Source: Octopus sinensis
Lineage: Eukaryota
Direction of reading: 5' to 3'
Length of the DNA stretch: 64,000 bases
Assembly: GCF_006345805.1 (NCBI RefSeq)
Contig: NC_042999.1
Span: 151,156,001 to 151,220,000 of the forward strand
Position 1 is the stretch's first letter. Each line of letters opens with the position of its first letter. Below, piece by piece: positions 1 through 13,963 of the stretch. The translations under genes and the position numbers were made by a program. The notes under the pieces were generated by a model. It ran no database searches and was not told the origin of the DNA. It saw only the letters and a program-made list of their open reading frames with translations.

Positions 1-152
1 GGAGAAAGTGAAAGAGAGCATGTGTATGTATGCGTGTGTGTGTGTGTGTGTGTGTGCGTGTTTGTATCTGAAAAAGGTGTTAAAGAAAAAGAGGAAAGGA
101 AGAAAAGGGAGAGAAAGAATACCATAAATTGTATTTCCTTTTTATCACTGTC

Positions 153-202
<50 letters not shown>

Positions 203-402
203 ATGTGTGTGTGTTTATGTGCGCGCGTGTGTGGTGCGTGTATTTGTGTCTTTGTATCTGAAAGAGGTGTTAAGGAGGAATGGTCAAGTTGGTTGAATGA
301 TCTTTATATTTTTTTGCAACTGTAAATGATTTTTGGTTTTTAGAAATCGGCCATTTCAAAAAAGAATTGTCTGAATTTCGTTTTATCATTGTTTTTGTGA
401 AG

Positions 403-442
<40 letters not shown>

Positions 443-674
443 TGTGTGTGTGTGTGTGCGTGTGTGTGTATTGGTGCCAGTGAATCTGGAAGGGGTGTCG
501 TTGGAGAAGGGAAGAAAGAAGAAAAAGAGGAAGAAGAAATAATTGTGTTGATATTTATACCACTATTCAGTTCTTTGTATCCAATGTTTGATTCCTGTGC
601 TTACATGGGATGGAAAATCTGGATTATAAAAACAGGTTCAGAAACGTATATATATATATATATATATATATATA

Positions 675-837
675 CGACGGGCTTCTTTCAGTTTCCGTCT
701 ACCAAATCCACTCACAAGACTTTGATCGGCCCGAGGCTAAAGTAGAAGACACTTGCCCAAAGTGCCACGCAGTGGGACTGAACCCGGAACCATGTGGTTG
801 GTAAGCAAGCTTCTTACCACACAGCCACTCCTGCGCC
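675..837 (-). mobile_element. SINE family A, 5' half
   Basis: Reverse complement of the family A head and body, ending at (TA)n. Confidence 0.85.
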
Positions 838-922
838 CATCTAGTAACTTTCCACGTAGTATGTATTTCACTGTTTGATTGCGACTACGTACGATTTCTT
901 TTCTTTTTTTTTTTTTGCCAAG

Positions 923-997
923 TTGTTTCTATGCATTTACTCAAAGAAGAGAACCAATTCTTTTGCCAGGCTTCTATGAATGGTAAAAATTATAGGG
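923..997 (+). CDS. Candidate exon 1 of a putative Cys-rich peptide gene (phase 1-1; VSMHLLKEENQFFCQASMNGKNYR)
   Basis: Long polypyrimidine tract + aag acceptor, G|gtaagt donor, 75 nt, one open frame. Confidence 0.4.
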
Positions 998-1402
998 GTA
1001 AGTATTCATTATCCGACAGAATAAATAGCCCACCATGCCAACGTGTCTGCATTCAAGGTCATTATGTATGTATGTATGTATGTATGTATGTATGTATGTA
1101 TGTATGTATGTATGTATGTATGTATGTATGTATGTATGTATGCATGTATGTATGTATGTATGTATGTATGTATGTATGCATGTATGTATGCATGTATGTA
1201 TGTATGTATGTATGTATGTATGTATGTATGTATGCGTGATTGTGTGTGCATGTGTGTATGTATATATATGTGTGATTGTGTGTTTGTGTATATGTATCTA
1301 TGTATGTGTGATTGTATGTGTATGTAGGTATGTATGATTGTGTGTGTATGTGTATATGCATGGATGTATGTTTGTATGTGTGTATGTGTGTGTGTTTGTG
1401 TG

Positions 1403-1434
<32 letters not shown>

Positions 1435-1461
1435 ACGTACGTACGTACACTGTCTACATAG

Positions 1462-1770
1462 AGAAGGCGCGTGGCTCAATGTCCAGGGTGTTCGGTTCAC
1501 AAACGTAAGGTCGTAAGCCTGATTCTCAGTGGTGCGTTGTGTTACTGAACAAAATACTTTATTCCCTGTTATTCCAGTCCATTCAGCTAATAAAAAATGA
1601 GTAGCACTTGTAATTCAAAGGGCCAACCTTGTGGCATTCTGTGTCATGCGAAACCTCTGAGAACTACATTAAAGTTTAGCGAGTGGTCAGCCATTTGCAA
1701 GTTAATTTCCCGATTAGGTTGTTCCGTTGATCGAATCATCTGGAGCACTCATCGTTGTTATCGACGAGAG
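1462..1770 (+). mobile_element. SINE family D (tRNA head + central ctccagtccactcagctgg domain + family C 3' domain)
   Basis: Head and central domain shared with 6835-6981(-), 12480-12620(-), 14834-15025(+), 42585-42715(-) and 49955-50060(+). 3' domain shared with family C. Confidence 0.7.
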
Positions 1771-1904
1771 CTAGGCTAGGCCACACTCTCTACATAATAC
1801 GTATCCCAGACAATCATTCTCTCTAGTTCCTATTTCCCACACAACAATCATTTATACAATCACCAAGCAATAAATTACTGCAATGTATATATAATGGATA
1901 CCAG

Positions 1905-1921
1905 AGACTGTAACAACTCAG
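1905..1921 (+). CDS. Candidate micro-exon 2 (17 nt; ETVTTQ)
   Basis: CAG|gtaacc donor and a weak purine-rich acceptor. Needed to keep frame; the weakest link. Confidence 0.25.
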
Positions 1922-2022
1922 GTAACCCTCTTTCTCCACAACTAAAACTCATTAATACAACACACACCACAGTGCTTATTCTAGCCTCATAAATCTTTAC
2001 CTGAATGGCAGCTCACTCTTAG

Positions 2023-2045
2023 GAGTGTTGTGAGCTCATAAGAAG
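2023..2045 (+). CDS. Candidate micro-exon 3 (23 nt; ECCELIR)
   Basis: ctcactcttag acceptor, AAG|gtgaga donor. Confidence 0.38.
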
Positions 2046-2485
2046 GTGAGAAATATCAAGTAGGTGCCAAGTGAGGCGCCAGGTGTTTGGACGGGTTGTA
2101 ATTTTACTTAGAAATAAAATATTTAGACTTGATGAAATATCTATATTTTAAGCATAATTTTAAAACAAAAATAACCGATAATTTTATTAAGATTAGAATG
2201 GGAATAGGACTCTTGTGTTATCAGTGAACAAAAAACATGACTGTTGATGTATCAAAAACCAGTATAATTTCATTAGGTAAATTCTTCGCTTTCTTTAGTA
2301 ATTTTTATATAAAATTTAAGGGGCACCAATCCGCACAAATTCTGAAAAAGAGGTAAAAAAAACAAACAAAAGGGATGGGGCACCATGTGGTTGGGAAGCA
2401 AACTTCTCACAACGCAGTTATGCCTGCGCCTAGAGAAATAAAATTCTACACCACACTTCCCACCAAAAGAAGAAAAAAAACATGT

Positions 2486-2648
2486 AGGCGCCGGAGTGGC
2501 TGTGTGGTAAGAAGCTCGCTTTCCAAACACAAGGTTCTGGGTTCAGTCTCACTATGTGGCGCCTTGGGCAAGTTTCTTCTACTATAGTCACGGGCCGACC
2601 AAAGCCTTGTGAGTGGAATTAGTAGACGGAAGCTGAAAGAAGCACGTC

Positions 2649-2722
<74 letters not shown>

Positions 2723-2873
2723 TTGTTCTCCCCATTACCATCGCTTGATAACCGAAGTTGGTGTGTTTACGTCTCTGTAACTTAGGGGCTCGGCAAAAGG
2801 GACCGATAGAATAAGTACTAAAGGCGATACTCCAGCATGGCCGCAGACAAATGACTGAATCAAGTAAAAGGAG
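2486..2873 (+). mobile_element. tRNA-derived SINE family A, full length, with internal (TA)n(TG)n
   Basis: A box tggctgtgtgg, B box ggttcagtc, body ttgggcaag..gaaagaagc.cgtcg, internal microsatellite, tail ccagcatggccgcag..caagtaaaag. Confidence 0.85.
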
Positions 2874-3490
2874 AAAAAAATACCCCAGGAACATGGAGTA
2901 GTATCTAATAAACACTCACAACGCCCGGTCTGGGAATCTAAACCGCGATCCTACGACCGCAAGTCCGCTGCCCTAATCACTGGATCATTGCGCCTCCATA
3001 GCACTCGTTCCCTGACCGAGCTCGTCTTACGATTTACTCGAAAATAGAAATACACACAAAAGTTTTGATAATAATACTTTCTACAATAAGCACAAGGCCT
3101 GAAACCTGGTAGGGGGAGGATATCGATTATATCGACCCCAGAGCTTAACTGATAGTCATTTTATAAACTTCGAAAGGATGAAGGGCTAAGTCGACCTCGG
3201 CGGGATTTGAACTTGGATTGTAAGGAACCGGAAGAAATACAGACAGTGCTCAGACGATTCAACCAATACATCATCCATGAGGCTAGAAATTTTGAGTGAC
3301 GTCGACGTTAGTCGATACCGAATACTTTTCTTCTTGATTGGCACTGTATTTTGTCGCTCTAGCGGGATAAATGAGCAAAATTAACCTAGGCGAGGTCTGA
3401 ACTCTGAACGTTAGGAACTGGAACAAGTGACACAAACCAGTTTTTGTCCATCTTTCTAAGGATTCGGCCAATCTACCACTCAAATACGTG

Positions 3491-3865
3491 GCACTCCGTC
3501 GGTTGCAACGACGAGGGTTCAGTTGATCCAATCAATGGAACAGCTTACTCGTGAAATTAACATGCAAATGGCTGAGCACTCCACAGACACGTGTACTCTT
3601 AACATAGTTCTCGGGGAGATTTAGCGTGACACAAGGTGTGACAAGGCTGGCCCTTTGAAATACAGGTACAACAGAAACAAGAAGGAGTGAGAGAAAGTTG
3701 TAGTGAAAGAGTACAGCAGGGTTCACCACCACCCCGTGCTGGAGCCTCGTGGTGCTTTTAGGTGTTTTCGCTCAATAAATACTCACAGCGCCCGGTTTGG
3801 GAATCCAAACCGCGATCCTACGACCGCAAGTCCGCTGCCGTAGCCACTGGACCACTGCACCTCCA
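3491..3865 (-). mobile_element. SINE family C (full length)
   Basis: Reverse complement aligns end to end with 62621-63000. Head-only copy at 2908-2999. Confidence 0.85.
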
Positions 3866-5019
3866 CAGCACTCAAATAAGATAATCATAATTACGGTGAT
3901 GCCTTGCAGTACGAGTTTAATTAATTTCCTGACCTATTTACTCGTTTTACAAATCAATTTTCCCCATTGAAATTAAGTAAAATATAATTAAACTGTTCCA
4001 GCCCCCCAAAACCAATGAAAAGGGTTTCAAAACAGAAAAGGTGTGGTTACAAGTAAAATGACAATTATAAAAAAGAGAATGCAAAAGAAAGATGTAAACT
4101 GGTTTTATTAACTGAATTACCTTAAAGATTTGTGTGCTCGTACTGCGGATTTCGGCACGTACTTCAAGACAAAAGTTCGCACGAGTCTCGGCTCGTACAG
4201 ATAATTACTCGTACAATGGTGCACGGGTACTGCGAGGGTCTACTATATTATAATTTAACTTTGGGCGGCGAGCTGGTATATTCGTTGGCGCGCCAAACAA
4301 AACGCTTATAGGGATTTTGTTCGTCTTTACGTTCTGAGTTCAAATTCTGCTGAAGTCGACTTTGCCTTTCTTTCATGGTTGATAAAATAAATACCAGTTG
4401 CACGCTGGAGCCGATGTATTGACTTAATCCATCCTCCAAAATTTCAGGCCTTGTGCCTATAATAGAAAGAATTATCATGATTTGACTTCATGATTGAAAG
4501 TTGTTTTCTTAATGACCTTTAACCTTACAAATGATGAGAGATGATTTGAACCCAGGACATGAAAATCATAGTTTAACACTGAAAGACATTTTGTCTGGCG
4601 ATGAAGAGATTAAGTGAAACATTGCTATGAAATTAGGTGAAGAGAAATGTGCAAGACAACATTGTAAAGAAAAATTTAAAAAAAAACACACACAGAACAA
4701 TCATAAAAGCCCAGAAATGTCTTGATAAACAAAGTAACAGATATGAGAAAGTAAGAGAAAACACAGACATGTTTACAAATGCTTATGAATTAATAAACTG
4801 AGTCGAATAAATATTCTCACGAAAGATAGAAAAAGTTCGTGAATGAATATTATAGGTCGACCAGATAAATACTTAAAATTGAACAATTAATAAAGGTTAG
4901 ACGTATAATAAAGTTATTGTTGTATTTAGGAATGGTCATTATAGTGTTAAATGTCTGAATGATGTGTTGTAATATATATATACAAACACACACACACTCA
5001 CACACACACACATATATAT

Positions 5020-5096
<77 letters not shown>

Positions 5097-5350
5097 TACA
5101 CACACACATATATGTACGTATGTATTTTCTATGATTGTATGTGTGAGTGTGTGCGTGTGTGTATGTTTTGTGTGTGTGTGTGTGTGTTTAGAACAGTTTC
5201 ATACCTTGGTTTCTTCACTTTTTCCTTCTTCAAACTCTCTAACTTTCTGAAAAAGACCTAAAACTCGAAACGTCAAATACATTTTTACTTAATCCCTATT
5301 TAAGCCGCAAGCTAGTGATTACACTTTGTTCTCTCATTACCATGTTGCTG

Positions 5351-5391
<41 letters not shown>

Positions 5392-5395
<4 letters not shown>

Positions 5396-6600
5396 CAAAA
5401 CTTTTTTTCGTATTTCAAGCTTTAATTAATAGTCCAAACAAATTACATTCGTAATATGATTCACCAAAATATATCCCATCATATTCTATTGTTAGTTACC
5501 ATCGTTGCGCCTTAAGCTCAATTCCATGCTTACATCATTTGACTGGTTTAGCGGCAAAATCTTCTTGCAACCATTTTTAACCTCATCCATATTGTTAAAC
5601 CTCCATCCGTGCAGGAAATGGGCCACAGCGCGCAAAAAGTGGTAATCTGATGGTGCAAGATCTGGGACTGTAAGCCTGGTGAGGCAACAGTTCCAGCCCC
5701 TCATGCTCCTTTAAGTTTGCGCTTGGTCATATTGGCAGTATTTACTGGGGTATTGTCATGCGGTAGGAGCGCGCATCTTCGATTAAGCAATTCCAGGTAG
5801 CGGGCTTTCAAAGTATCATATACTCACTGAAGTTGTTGAGCATAAAGGCCAGTGTTCACAGCATGACCACCTGGGAAGAGCTCAAAGTGCAACACTTCCT
5901 CGAGATTCCACCGAGCACTCAACATGACCTTCTGTTCATACCGACCTTGTTTGACATCTGAAGCCTTGCCAGAATGAAGCCACTGCTTTTTCGCATTAGG
6001 ATTACAAAAATAGATCCATTTTTCATCTTCATTTACAATTTGGCGCCCAAAACAGGCATCTCCAGTTTTTATCAGAAGTTGTTTGCAAATGTTCACATGT
6101 CGTTGAGCTTGGTCATTGGTCAGAACGCGAAGAGCTCGACTGAGTCTGTTTACAAGGTCAAGGTTATGGAGGTGTTGATAGATGGTGCTTTGTACGACAA
6201 TGAACAAGCGCTTGGCTGTTGCTCAACCATTTCAAGCAAAGCCTCATTTTCTTCAACAGAAGTTCTCTGTATGACATTGGTTTATTTTCGAGGCTGATAT
6301 CAAGTTCCTTGAAACATCTGAGCTAGTTTTGTGTCACACGTTCGTTTTCAATTCCTGGAACTTCTACATCATTAATTTCTTTTGCTTTAGTCTTTGTACT
6401 CTGTCTTTTCTTCTGATTATCAAAGCTATAAAATAAAGAATAAATAATTAATGTTTACATGTTATATATAAAAATAAAGATAAACAATACAGTAACGATT
6501 GGACCACAAGTTGTACCAAATTAATGATATAACATAGAGATACAAGTTGCCAAATATCACCAGTAAAAATCCGAAAAAAGACACCAAACAACCTGGTATA
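5392..6600 (-). mobile_element. Degraded mariner element (Mos1/SETMAR-like transposase)
   Basis: IVNEDEKWIYF, KVMLSARW, PDLAPSDYH and a degenerate C-terminus. Degenerate terminal motif ttttttcg(t/g)attt at both ends next to TA runs. Confidence 0.88.
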
Positions 6601-7248
6601 TATATATATATAATCAAAATAAGCAACAGTATATCAAGTAGTGATGCAGTGCGACCGTTTCAAGCGACCCCATTTAATTGAACAATGCAATCATTACATC
6701 AATTTAAAAGCAGTGCCATATTCAGCTTCACAAATAAATTATATTAATGTGTCCTACTTGTTAAAATTTCCTTTATTTATTTGCGCAGCTTATGTGTTCC
6801 CCAGCTGGATGGGAGGCCAGTCCATCGCAGCGTTACCCATTCTTGCCAGCTGAGTGGACTGGAGCAACGTGAAATGAAGTGTTTTGCTGAAGAACACAAC
6901 GCGTCGCCTGGTCCAGGAATCGAAACCACAATCTTACGATCATGAAGCTGACGCCCTAACCACCAAGCCACGCGCCTCCACAAGCGCTATTTAAGGAAGA
7001 AATTATTTGACAGTGGGTAGGAGGGGGTAGAATAAAATCAAAAAGTGAGAAAGGTAGAAGGAGAAAGAGGAAGAAAACTTAATATTAATTAGATTGCAGT
7101 TGTGGAAGATGTAAACTTCACGACTTCAACTGTTGTAATCTTCATGACCTCAATTGGCGACGCAAGAACCTCACCTCCCTACTTGCCTAGCATGCACTTA
7201 CAACAAGGATCAATTTGCTAAGCATTTCTCTAAACTCTGAAATATCAG

Positions 7249-7265
7249 GATAAGGCGATGCCAAG
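7249..7265 (+). CDS. Candidate micro-exon 4 (17 nt; RIRRCQ)
   Basis: tatcag acceptor, AAG|gtaagc donor. Confidence 0.38.
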
Positions 7266-7887
7266 GTAAGCGTTAACATTAAAAATATCCAGCAAAACTG
7301 ATCAATGACAAGGAAGAACATGAAAGAACTCAATACTGACTCGCATATTTATGATTCAAACCATAAAGCAATGGTATTTTGAGATCACTGCTGAAAGCCA
7401 ACGCAATAACTCCATCATTAACAACGGAAAAGGAGCATAATGTGAGAAAATATATTAAATTAATTACAAAATATGTAGTGGATTCGAAGAAGCGATCAAT
7501 CACATGGATTCTAGTTCTTTATATTTTTGACAAGAATAAACCACATGAACAAACAACATAACTGCTGGAACTTTCGTACACAGGAAGCTCTGTAAATATT
7601 ACAAATTCCCTGGGGAAATAGGAAAGAATCGTATACCATAATAAGGTCAGAAAATGATAATATAAATCATACGATAGAACAGGCTGTTTCTCTATGATTA
7701 AGAATGAAAACCAAAGCGATCGGTCATAGTTTTCAAGGGTCATTTGATAAAAACACAATGCTTTCTTTTGGCTGTTTCAATTACACTGGACTATGGCAGA
7801 ATAACTCTAACAGAACGGAAGTAATTAGCTGAAAGCCATGAATACAGAGATTTCCAAAACTCGTGCGTTTCCGTGCGTGCGTGTCCA

Positions 7888-7930
<43 letters not shown>

Positions 7931-8024
7931 GTGTGTGTGTGTGTTGTGTGTGTGTGTGTGTGTGTGTGTGTGCATGCACTGTGTTTATTTGTATACGTAT
8001 ATAGAAGCTCAGTTTATAAAGAGA

Positions 8025-8258
8025 ACTAAGCTACTACTACTATTACAATTGCTGCTGCTGCTACTGTTACTACTACTACTACTATTACAATTGCTGCTGC
8101 TGGGGCTGCCGCTACTACTACTACTACTACTACTACTACTAATACAGCTGCTGCAACTACTACTACTACTACTACTACTGCTACTACTACTGTTGCTGCT
8201 ACTGTTACTATTACTACTACTACTACTACTACTACTACTAATACAGCTGCTGCTGCTG

Positions 8259-8298
<40 letters not shown>

Positions 8299-8420
8299 TA
8301 CTACTACTACAGCTGCTGCTACTACTACTACTATTACTACTACTGCTACTGCTGCTTCTTCTACTATTTATATACGTATATAGACAACAGCAACAGCAAC
8401 AGTAGTAGAAGTAGTAGTAT
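8025..8420. repeat. Compound (CTA/CTG)n trinucleotide array
   Basis: Read directly from the sequence. Confidence 0.95.
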
Positions 8421-8502
8421 AGGCACAAATCTAGTGGGAGGGGTTAGTAGATTACATTGAGCCCCTCCGCAAGCCCCGCCTTTAGTCATGCAAATCACCT
8501 CT

Positions 8503-8650
8503 CCCAGGATTTATTCTTTGTAAGCCTAGTACTTATTCTATCGGTTTCTTTTTGCCGAACCGCTGAATCACGGAGACGTAAACACACCAGCATCGGTTGT
8601 CAAGGGATGTTGGCGGGGACAAACACACACACACAAACACACACACACAC

Positions 8651-8687
<37 letters not shown>

Positions 8688-8854
8688 TATATATATACAC
8701 ATATACGACGGTCTTCTTTCAGTTTTCTCACAAGAGTTTAGTCGGCCCGAGGCTATAGTAGAAGACATTTGGCGAAGGTGCCACGCAGTGGGATTGAACC
8801 CGGAACCATGAGGTTGGTAAGCAAGCTACTTACTACACATCCACTCCTGCGCCT
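8503..8854 (-). mobile_element. SINE family A
   Basis: Aligns to 2486-2873 with an internal CA/TA tract and a short deletion. Confidence 0.85.
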
Positions 8855-9182
8855 GAGAAACTATGCACAATTGATTGTGATTAGAGGAAATTATGTTGTT
8901 ATGCACCTTTACATTGCGAAACAAGGCACGTATAATCTTAATGGAATATTTTGCTTTCAAAATGTGTTGTACTGGACTGTGACTGTCCATTCTCATAAAC
9001 AATATGTATACGTATACATATAAATGTATGTGTGCACACGCGTATGTGTGTGTGGGGGGGATGTGTGTGTTTGTGTGTGTATGTGCATGTATGTATGGTC
9101 AATAATATTGTTTGCGTGTGCGGATTATACCGACCTAGCAAAGTGCCTCAATTTAAATACCTAATTCAACGGAATCTTATAT

Positions 9183-9279
<97 letters not shown>

Positions 9280-9722
9280 ATTTTGATTTGATTTTTCCAG
9301 TTTCAGCTCATGAGCTGTGGTCATGCTGGGGCATTTTTTTTCTAGTTTCAGCTCAGAGCTGCGGCCATGAGGGTGATATAAAATTATTATTACCAGTGGC
9401 CTAGCACAAAAACGAATTAGTCATTAGACTATATATTATTCACATAGAAATACAATAAGAGGCTTCCAAATAGGAATGCCTTGTGATAGAAAGAGCAGTA
9501 GAAAACTCAAAACCACCAAATAAGGATAAATTTTCGAAAGGAATGAAAATTAAAAACGTTTACCATCTCAATTATTTCCCAGACTAAGGTTTCTAACTAT
9601 TTCCAGCAAAAAAATATTTGCTGAAGGCCAGTTTCATCAGTGGGACAGCCTTTCGATTTCAAATACACAACACAGCCAGATCCACATGTAAAACTAACTG
9701 CTTGTATATTCTAACTTTTCAG

Positions 9723-9768
9723 ACCACTGCGCAGACGCAGATTATACCCGGCGACAGAGAGGATGCCG
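9723..9768 (+). CDS. Candidate exon 5 (46 nt; DHCADADYTRRQRGC)
   Basis: ttctaacttttcag branch point/acceptor, GC-rich island in AT-rich flanks, CCG|gtaaaa donor. Confidence 0.45.
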
Positions 9769-11082
9769 GTAAAAGTTTCAAACTAATTTATCAGAGAATA
9801 TTTAAACATAATAAATAACAATAGGGTAATAAGAAATTATTATTTAATTCCAACATCATATCTGATAGCTTGGTAGCACTTTCTATCTCGATGACATTTT
9901 GTGAGCTAATGATCACGTCGGTTCCCTTTCCACCATTATTTCATAGGACGTGACATCGTTTATCACATTTAGAAGCATTCCATACTCCTGTATCTGCTTT
10001 GGTTTGTTAATTACAGTCTAAAATCAGAAATGCATAACCTTCATAACGAAAAGTGGGGTAGCGATTACTAATATAAAAAACCTAGTTCCTCTTTACATAT
10101 ATACCCAACGTAACGAGAGGCTTTCTATTGTGATCTAGATCCAGGATTAGATTATTCTGGTTTATCTATGTTAACGTCGCTTTTAAGACTTCTAATCTGA
10201 TATTCAAACATAGCTTTCAGCTGATAAACAGTGAGATTTGTTTCTTACGACTGGTAAAAAAAATGTCTTGCTTCCCTGGGTATATATTTATAGTTGGAAT
10301 ATAATAAATATTTACATAGAAGATTTTTTTCCAGTTTTTCTAATTTTATTTTTCATGCATGTAGGCTTCACGTATAAGCTCACTTCTGTGTCTGGAAATT
10401 ATAAACAATTGCAGTGTAAAATAATGTATTTAAACAGTCTGAGCAGATATATAGTTTGCCTTATTTTCATTGGAATCAAATTTTGTGGCAGTTGACTCTA
10501 AAATGGCTGACTGACCAGATCAATCACCAAGGACATTCCAGCCGTCACTATCATACCTTTTGCCTTCTATGCAAAGCTCACCAGGGAATACATTATTCAA
10601 TGTGTCCTTCCTTTTTAAGGTGATTCAGAGAAATTTGATGGAGATTTCGTCGCTATTTCTAGAAGATCGAGTAAACACGTAAATCACCTTTTATTGCCTA
10701 ACTTTGATAGTTGGTGGTGGTGGTGGAGGAGGAGGAGAAGGTGATGAGGATGACAACAACGACGACGACGACAATGATGATAATTGTGGTAGTAGTGGCA
10801 GTAGTGGCGGAGGAGGCGATGGAGGAAGTGGTGGCACTGGTGGGAGTGGTGTTGATGGTACTTAAACCCATGAATTCCACCTTTTCTTAAGAGTATAAAT
10901 GTGATCGCCTAATGTTCTTCTCTCCGTGGCTACATTATCAAATGCCTTCTATAATTACTTAAGACGGCAACGTATGATTTGATAAAGATGTGACTGCTGT
11001 TTCCAGCAGATCGCATGACTACGTAGTGGATTGTTTTACCGTTAAATAATTTAGTCAATACAATATGCGATGAGAAGGATTC

Positions 11083-11116
<34 letters not shown>

Positions 11117-11170
11117 GGTGGTGGTGGTATTGGTGGTGGTGGTATTGGTGGTGGTGGTGGTGGTGGTGGT

Positions 11171-11267
<97 letters not shown>

Positions 11268-11293
11268 TCGGTGGTGGTGGTGGTGGTGGTGGT

Positions 11294-11365
<72 letters not shown>

Positions 11366-11398
11366 GGTGGTGGTGGTGGTGGTAGTAGTAGTAGTAGT

Positions 11399-11435
<37 letters not shown>

Positions 11436-11445
11436 GTAGTAGTAG
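11083..11445. repeat. Compound (TAG/TGG/CAG)n array
   Basis: Read directly from the sequence. Confidence 0.95.
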
Positions 11446-11824
11446 TGATTGTATCCATGACAAAGATGTCTTCAAGTTTGCCAAACATTTCTTTTCATGG
11501 TGATAGACCAATAAAAATGTTACCGGCAATTGATTTTTTTCCGTTGCCATATTTTTAAGCTCTGGGGTAGCATTCCCAGAGTTATATATTCATTATTGGC
11601 AGAAACAGTTATTTTTGCGTCAATCCCAAGGCGTTTTCTAACATTTCTTTGTCATATATTAGTGAACTAGTTCGCCGTTGATATTTATTCTATCTGTCTC
11701 ATTTGTTCGCATTTAGAGCACAAATCATTTATAAAGGTGGTGGTGGTGGTGGTGGCGTGCTCCAGCTCGGTCTACACAGGAAATGCGGTAACCAAGTCGT
11801 TTGTGTTAATATTATCTCCGTGAA

Positions 11825-12160
11825 GAAGGCGGTGAGCTGGCAGAATCGTTAGCACGCCGGACGAAATGCTGAGCGGTATTTCGTCCGTCTTCACGTTCTG
11901 AGTTCAAATTCCGCCGAGGTCAACTTTGCCTTTCATCCTTTCGGGGTCGATTAAATAAGTACCAGTTGCGCACTGGGGTCGATATAATCGACTTAATCCG
12001 TTTGTCTGTCTTTGTTTGTCCTCTCTGTGTTTAGCCCCTTGTGGGTAGTAAAGAAATGGGTATTTCGTCCGTCTTCACGTTCTGAATTCAAATTCCGCCG
12101 AGCTCGACTTTGCTTTTTATCTTTTCGAGGACGATAAAATAAGTACCAGTTGAGTACTGG
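11825..12160 (+). mobile_element. SINE family B dimer with a fixed linker
   Basis: B body + linker ttaatccgtttgtctgtc..agccccttgtgggtagtaaagaaat + second B body starting at tatttcgtc. Confidence 0.8.
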
Positions 12161-13254
12161 GGTGGACACAATCGACCAACCTCCTTCTTCCAAGTTGCTG
12201 ACCTTATACCTAGATTTGAAGTCAATATCATCTCCGTCAAGAAAGGACGGTGGGTTGGCAGAATTGTTAGTGCCTTGCGGGTTTGTTCCGCCTTTTTACG
12301 TTCTGACTTCAAACCTTTGCGAACACACCTTTGTTTTCAACCTTTTATCATCAGCATCAACTCCTGAACATTAACGTCGCGAGGTCTAAGGCTCATAGGG
12401 CCTTTTACTCGGCTTCCATGGTGTATAAGTGACCGAGATCACAACAATACATCTGAACGGGAGGCCAGTTTGTCCCAGGGTTACTTATTTACAACTGAGT
12501 GGACAGGAGCAACGTAAAGTGAAATGTTTTCTCAAGAAAACAACGTACCACCCTGTCCGGGAATTGAAACCGTTATTTTGTGATTGTGAATGCAACACCT
12601 TAAACACTAAGTCACGCGCCTTCGCCTTTCATCCTTTCGTCGTCGATAAAATAAATTGCCATTCAAGTACTGGCGTCGATGTAATTGCTTTCACCCTCGC
12701 CGCCTCCCGCCTGAAATTAAAAATCAATGTTACGTCTCTTAAAGCTTTCTAAAAGGGAATGTTTTTGCCTTTAACCGATCAGATCAAATGCCCTTTCTTT
12801 CACCTTTCATAAATGTTATTAATGGTTTAGCTGGCAATATGAGCAGGAATTTTAAAAGAACTTAGAATCAAGGCAGCAACACGTTTTCCAGGCTATCTTC
12901 CTCATTCTTAGAAGAAGGGCAAGGATCGCAGCATTAGATTCTTGTTGAACTCTTCTATAAACTCTCGGTTTTCCGTAAACATACCTCTACAGACAACCAA
13001 TAGCTTCCTTGTGTTCAATATTATATGACTTACCAGAGAGACATAGTCGCTCACCCGAGATGATCTCATATTTTATATTCAGTTTCATTATACTAACTCA
13101 AAATTTGATCACATTTGCAATTCCCTGTTGCTGTCTAACCCCAAGTCAGATCTGGTTCAGCAGAAATATGATAAAAAATCATTGCAATCGTGAACATCTC
13201 TTCTTTTTAGGAGGTTTCTAAGACTATATTATTGAGCGTACATTTCATTTTCAG

Positions 13255-13270
13255 TAACGTGTGTTTTGAG
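13255..13270 (+). CDS. Candidate micro-exon 6 (16 nt; RNVCFE)
   Basis: tttcattttcag acceptor, GAG|gtaagt donor. Confidence 0.42.
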
Positions 13271-13924
13271 GTAAGTCTGGCTGTTATTTATTTATAGCAA
13301 GCAAAGTGACTTCGTTGAAGCTTTTGCCAGGATGCATCTGCCTCGAAATAAAACACCGAAAACAGAATTAAATGTTGCTATTTCTGTTATAAAGTTTACC
13401 TCACCTCACATAACAAGGTTTTACGAAAAAAAAATGACAATAAATAAAAATAAAACTTGCTATGTGAGGGATGTTTTTTTTTTTTTTTGCAAAACCTTAT
13501 TTAAAAAATCTGCTCAACATACGCTCTAAACGCCCTTTTCTTTCTACTCAAAGTTCATCTATAATTCCATCGGTGACTTTGTAGTTGTGTTGCAGAAGTT
13601 CAGACAGAGGTATAATTTGGTTGGGTATAATTTCGGGTGTAATTTGTACATCGGAGTTTGACATACCAATGTTCTTAGCTGTCTGCTTGGTTATGTTTTA
13701 AGCTGTCTTTATTAATTACATGAATCTTGGTATATACATATTGGCTTGCTTTGCATGTATACACGCACGCTCGCACGCACACATACACACACACACACAT
13801 TACCTTGGTATTTCAATTTCAAGGTACGAGCATAGCATAATATTTTTTTAAAACGCTGTAGTTTTTATTATTAGCATTCAAGGATCAAATAACTTCCGTC
13901 TTCTCTTTTATACCGTTTTTACAG

Positions 13925-13963
13925 CATTTAAGGATCTTCCAGCAGAAGCAGTCATGTGTATAG
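13925..13963 (+). CDS. Candidate terminal coding exon 7 (HLRIFQQKQSCV*)
   Basis: Strong tcttctcttttataccgtttttacag acceptor and in-frame TAG. AATAAA at 14445-14450. Confidence 0.38.
   Translation, partial: HLRIFQQKQSCV

Noticed and set aside
970-997. Kringle-like NGKNYRG motif
   Set aside because: The G codon is split by the putative donor, and no downstream kringle motifs (CQ.W, NYCRNPD) were found.
9760-13270. Connexin-like GC.NVC(F/Y) motif in the spliced peptide
   Set aside because: Short match only, no transmembrane segments, and connexins are not expected in this lineage.
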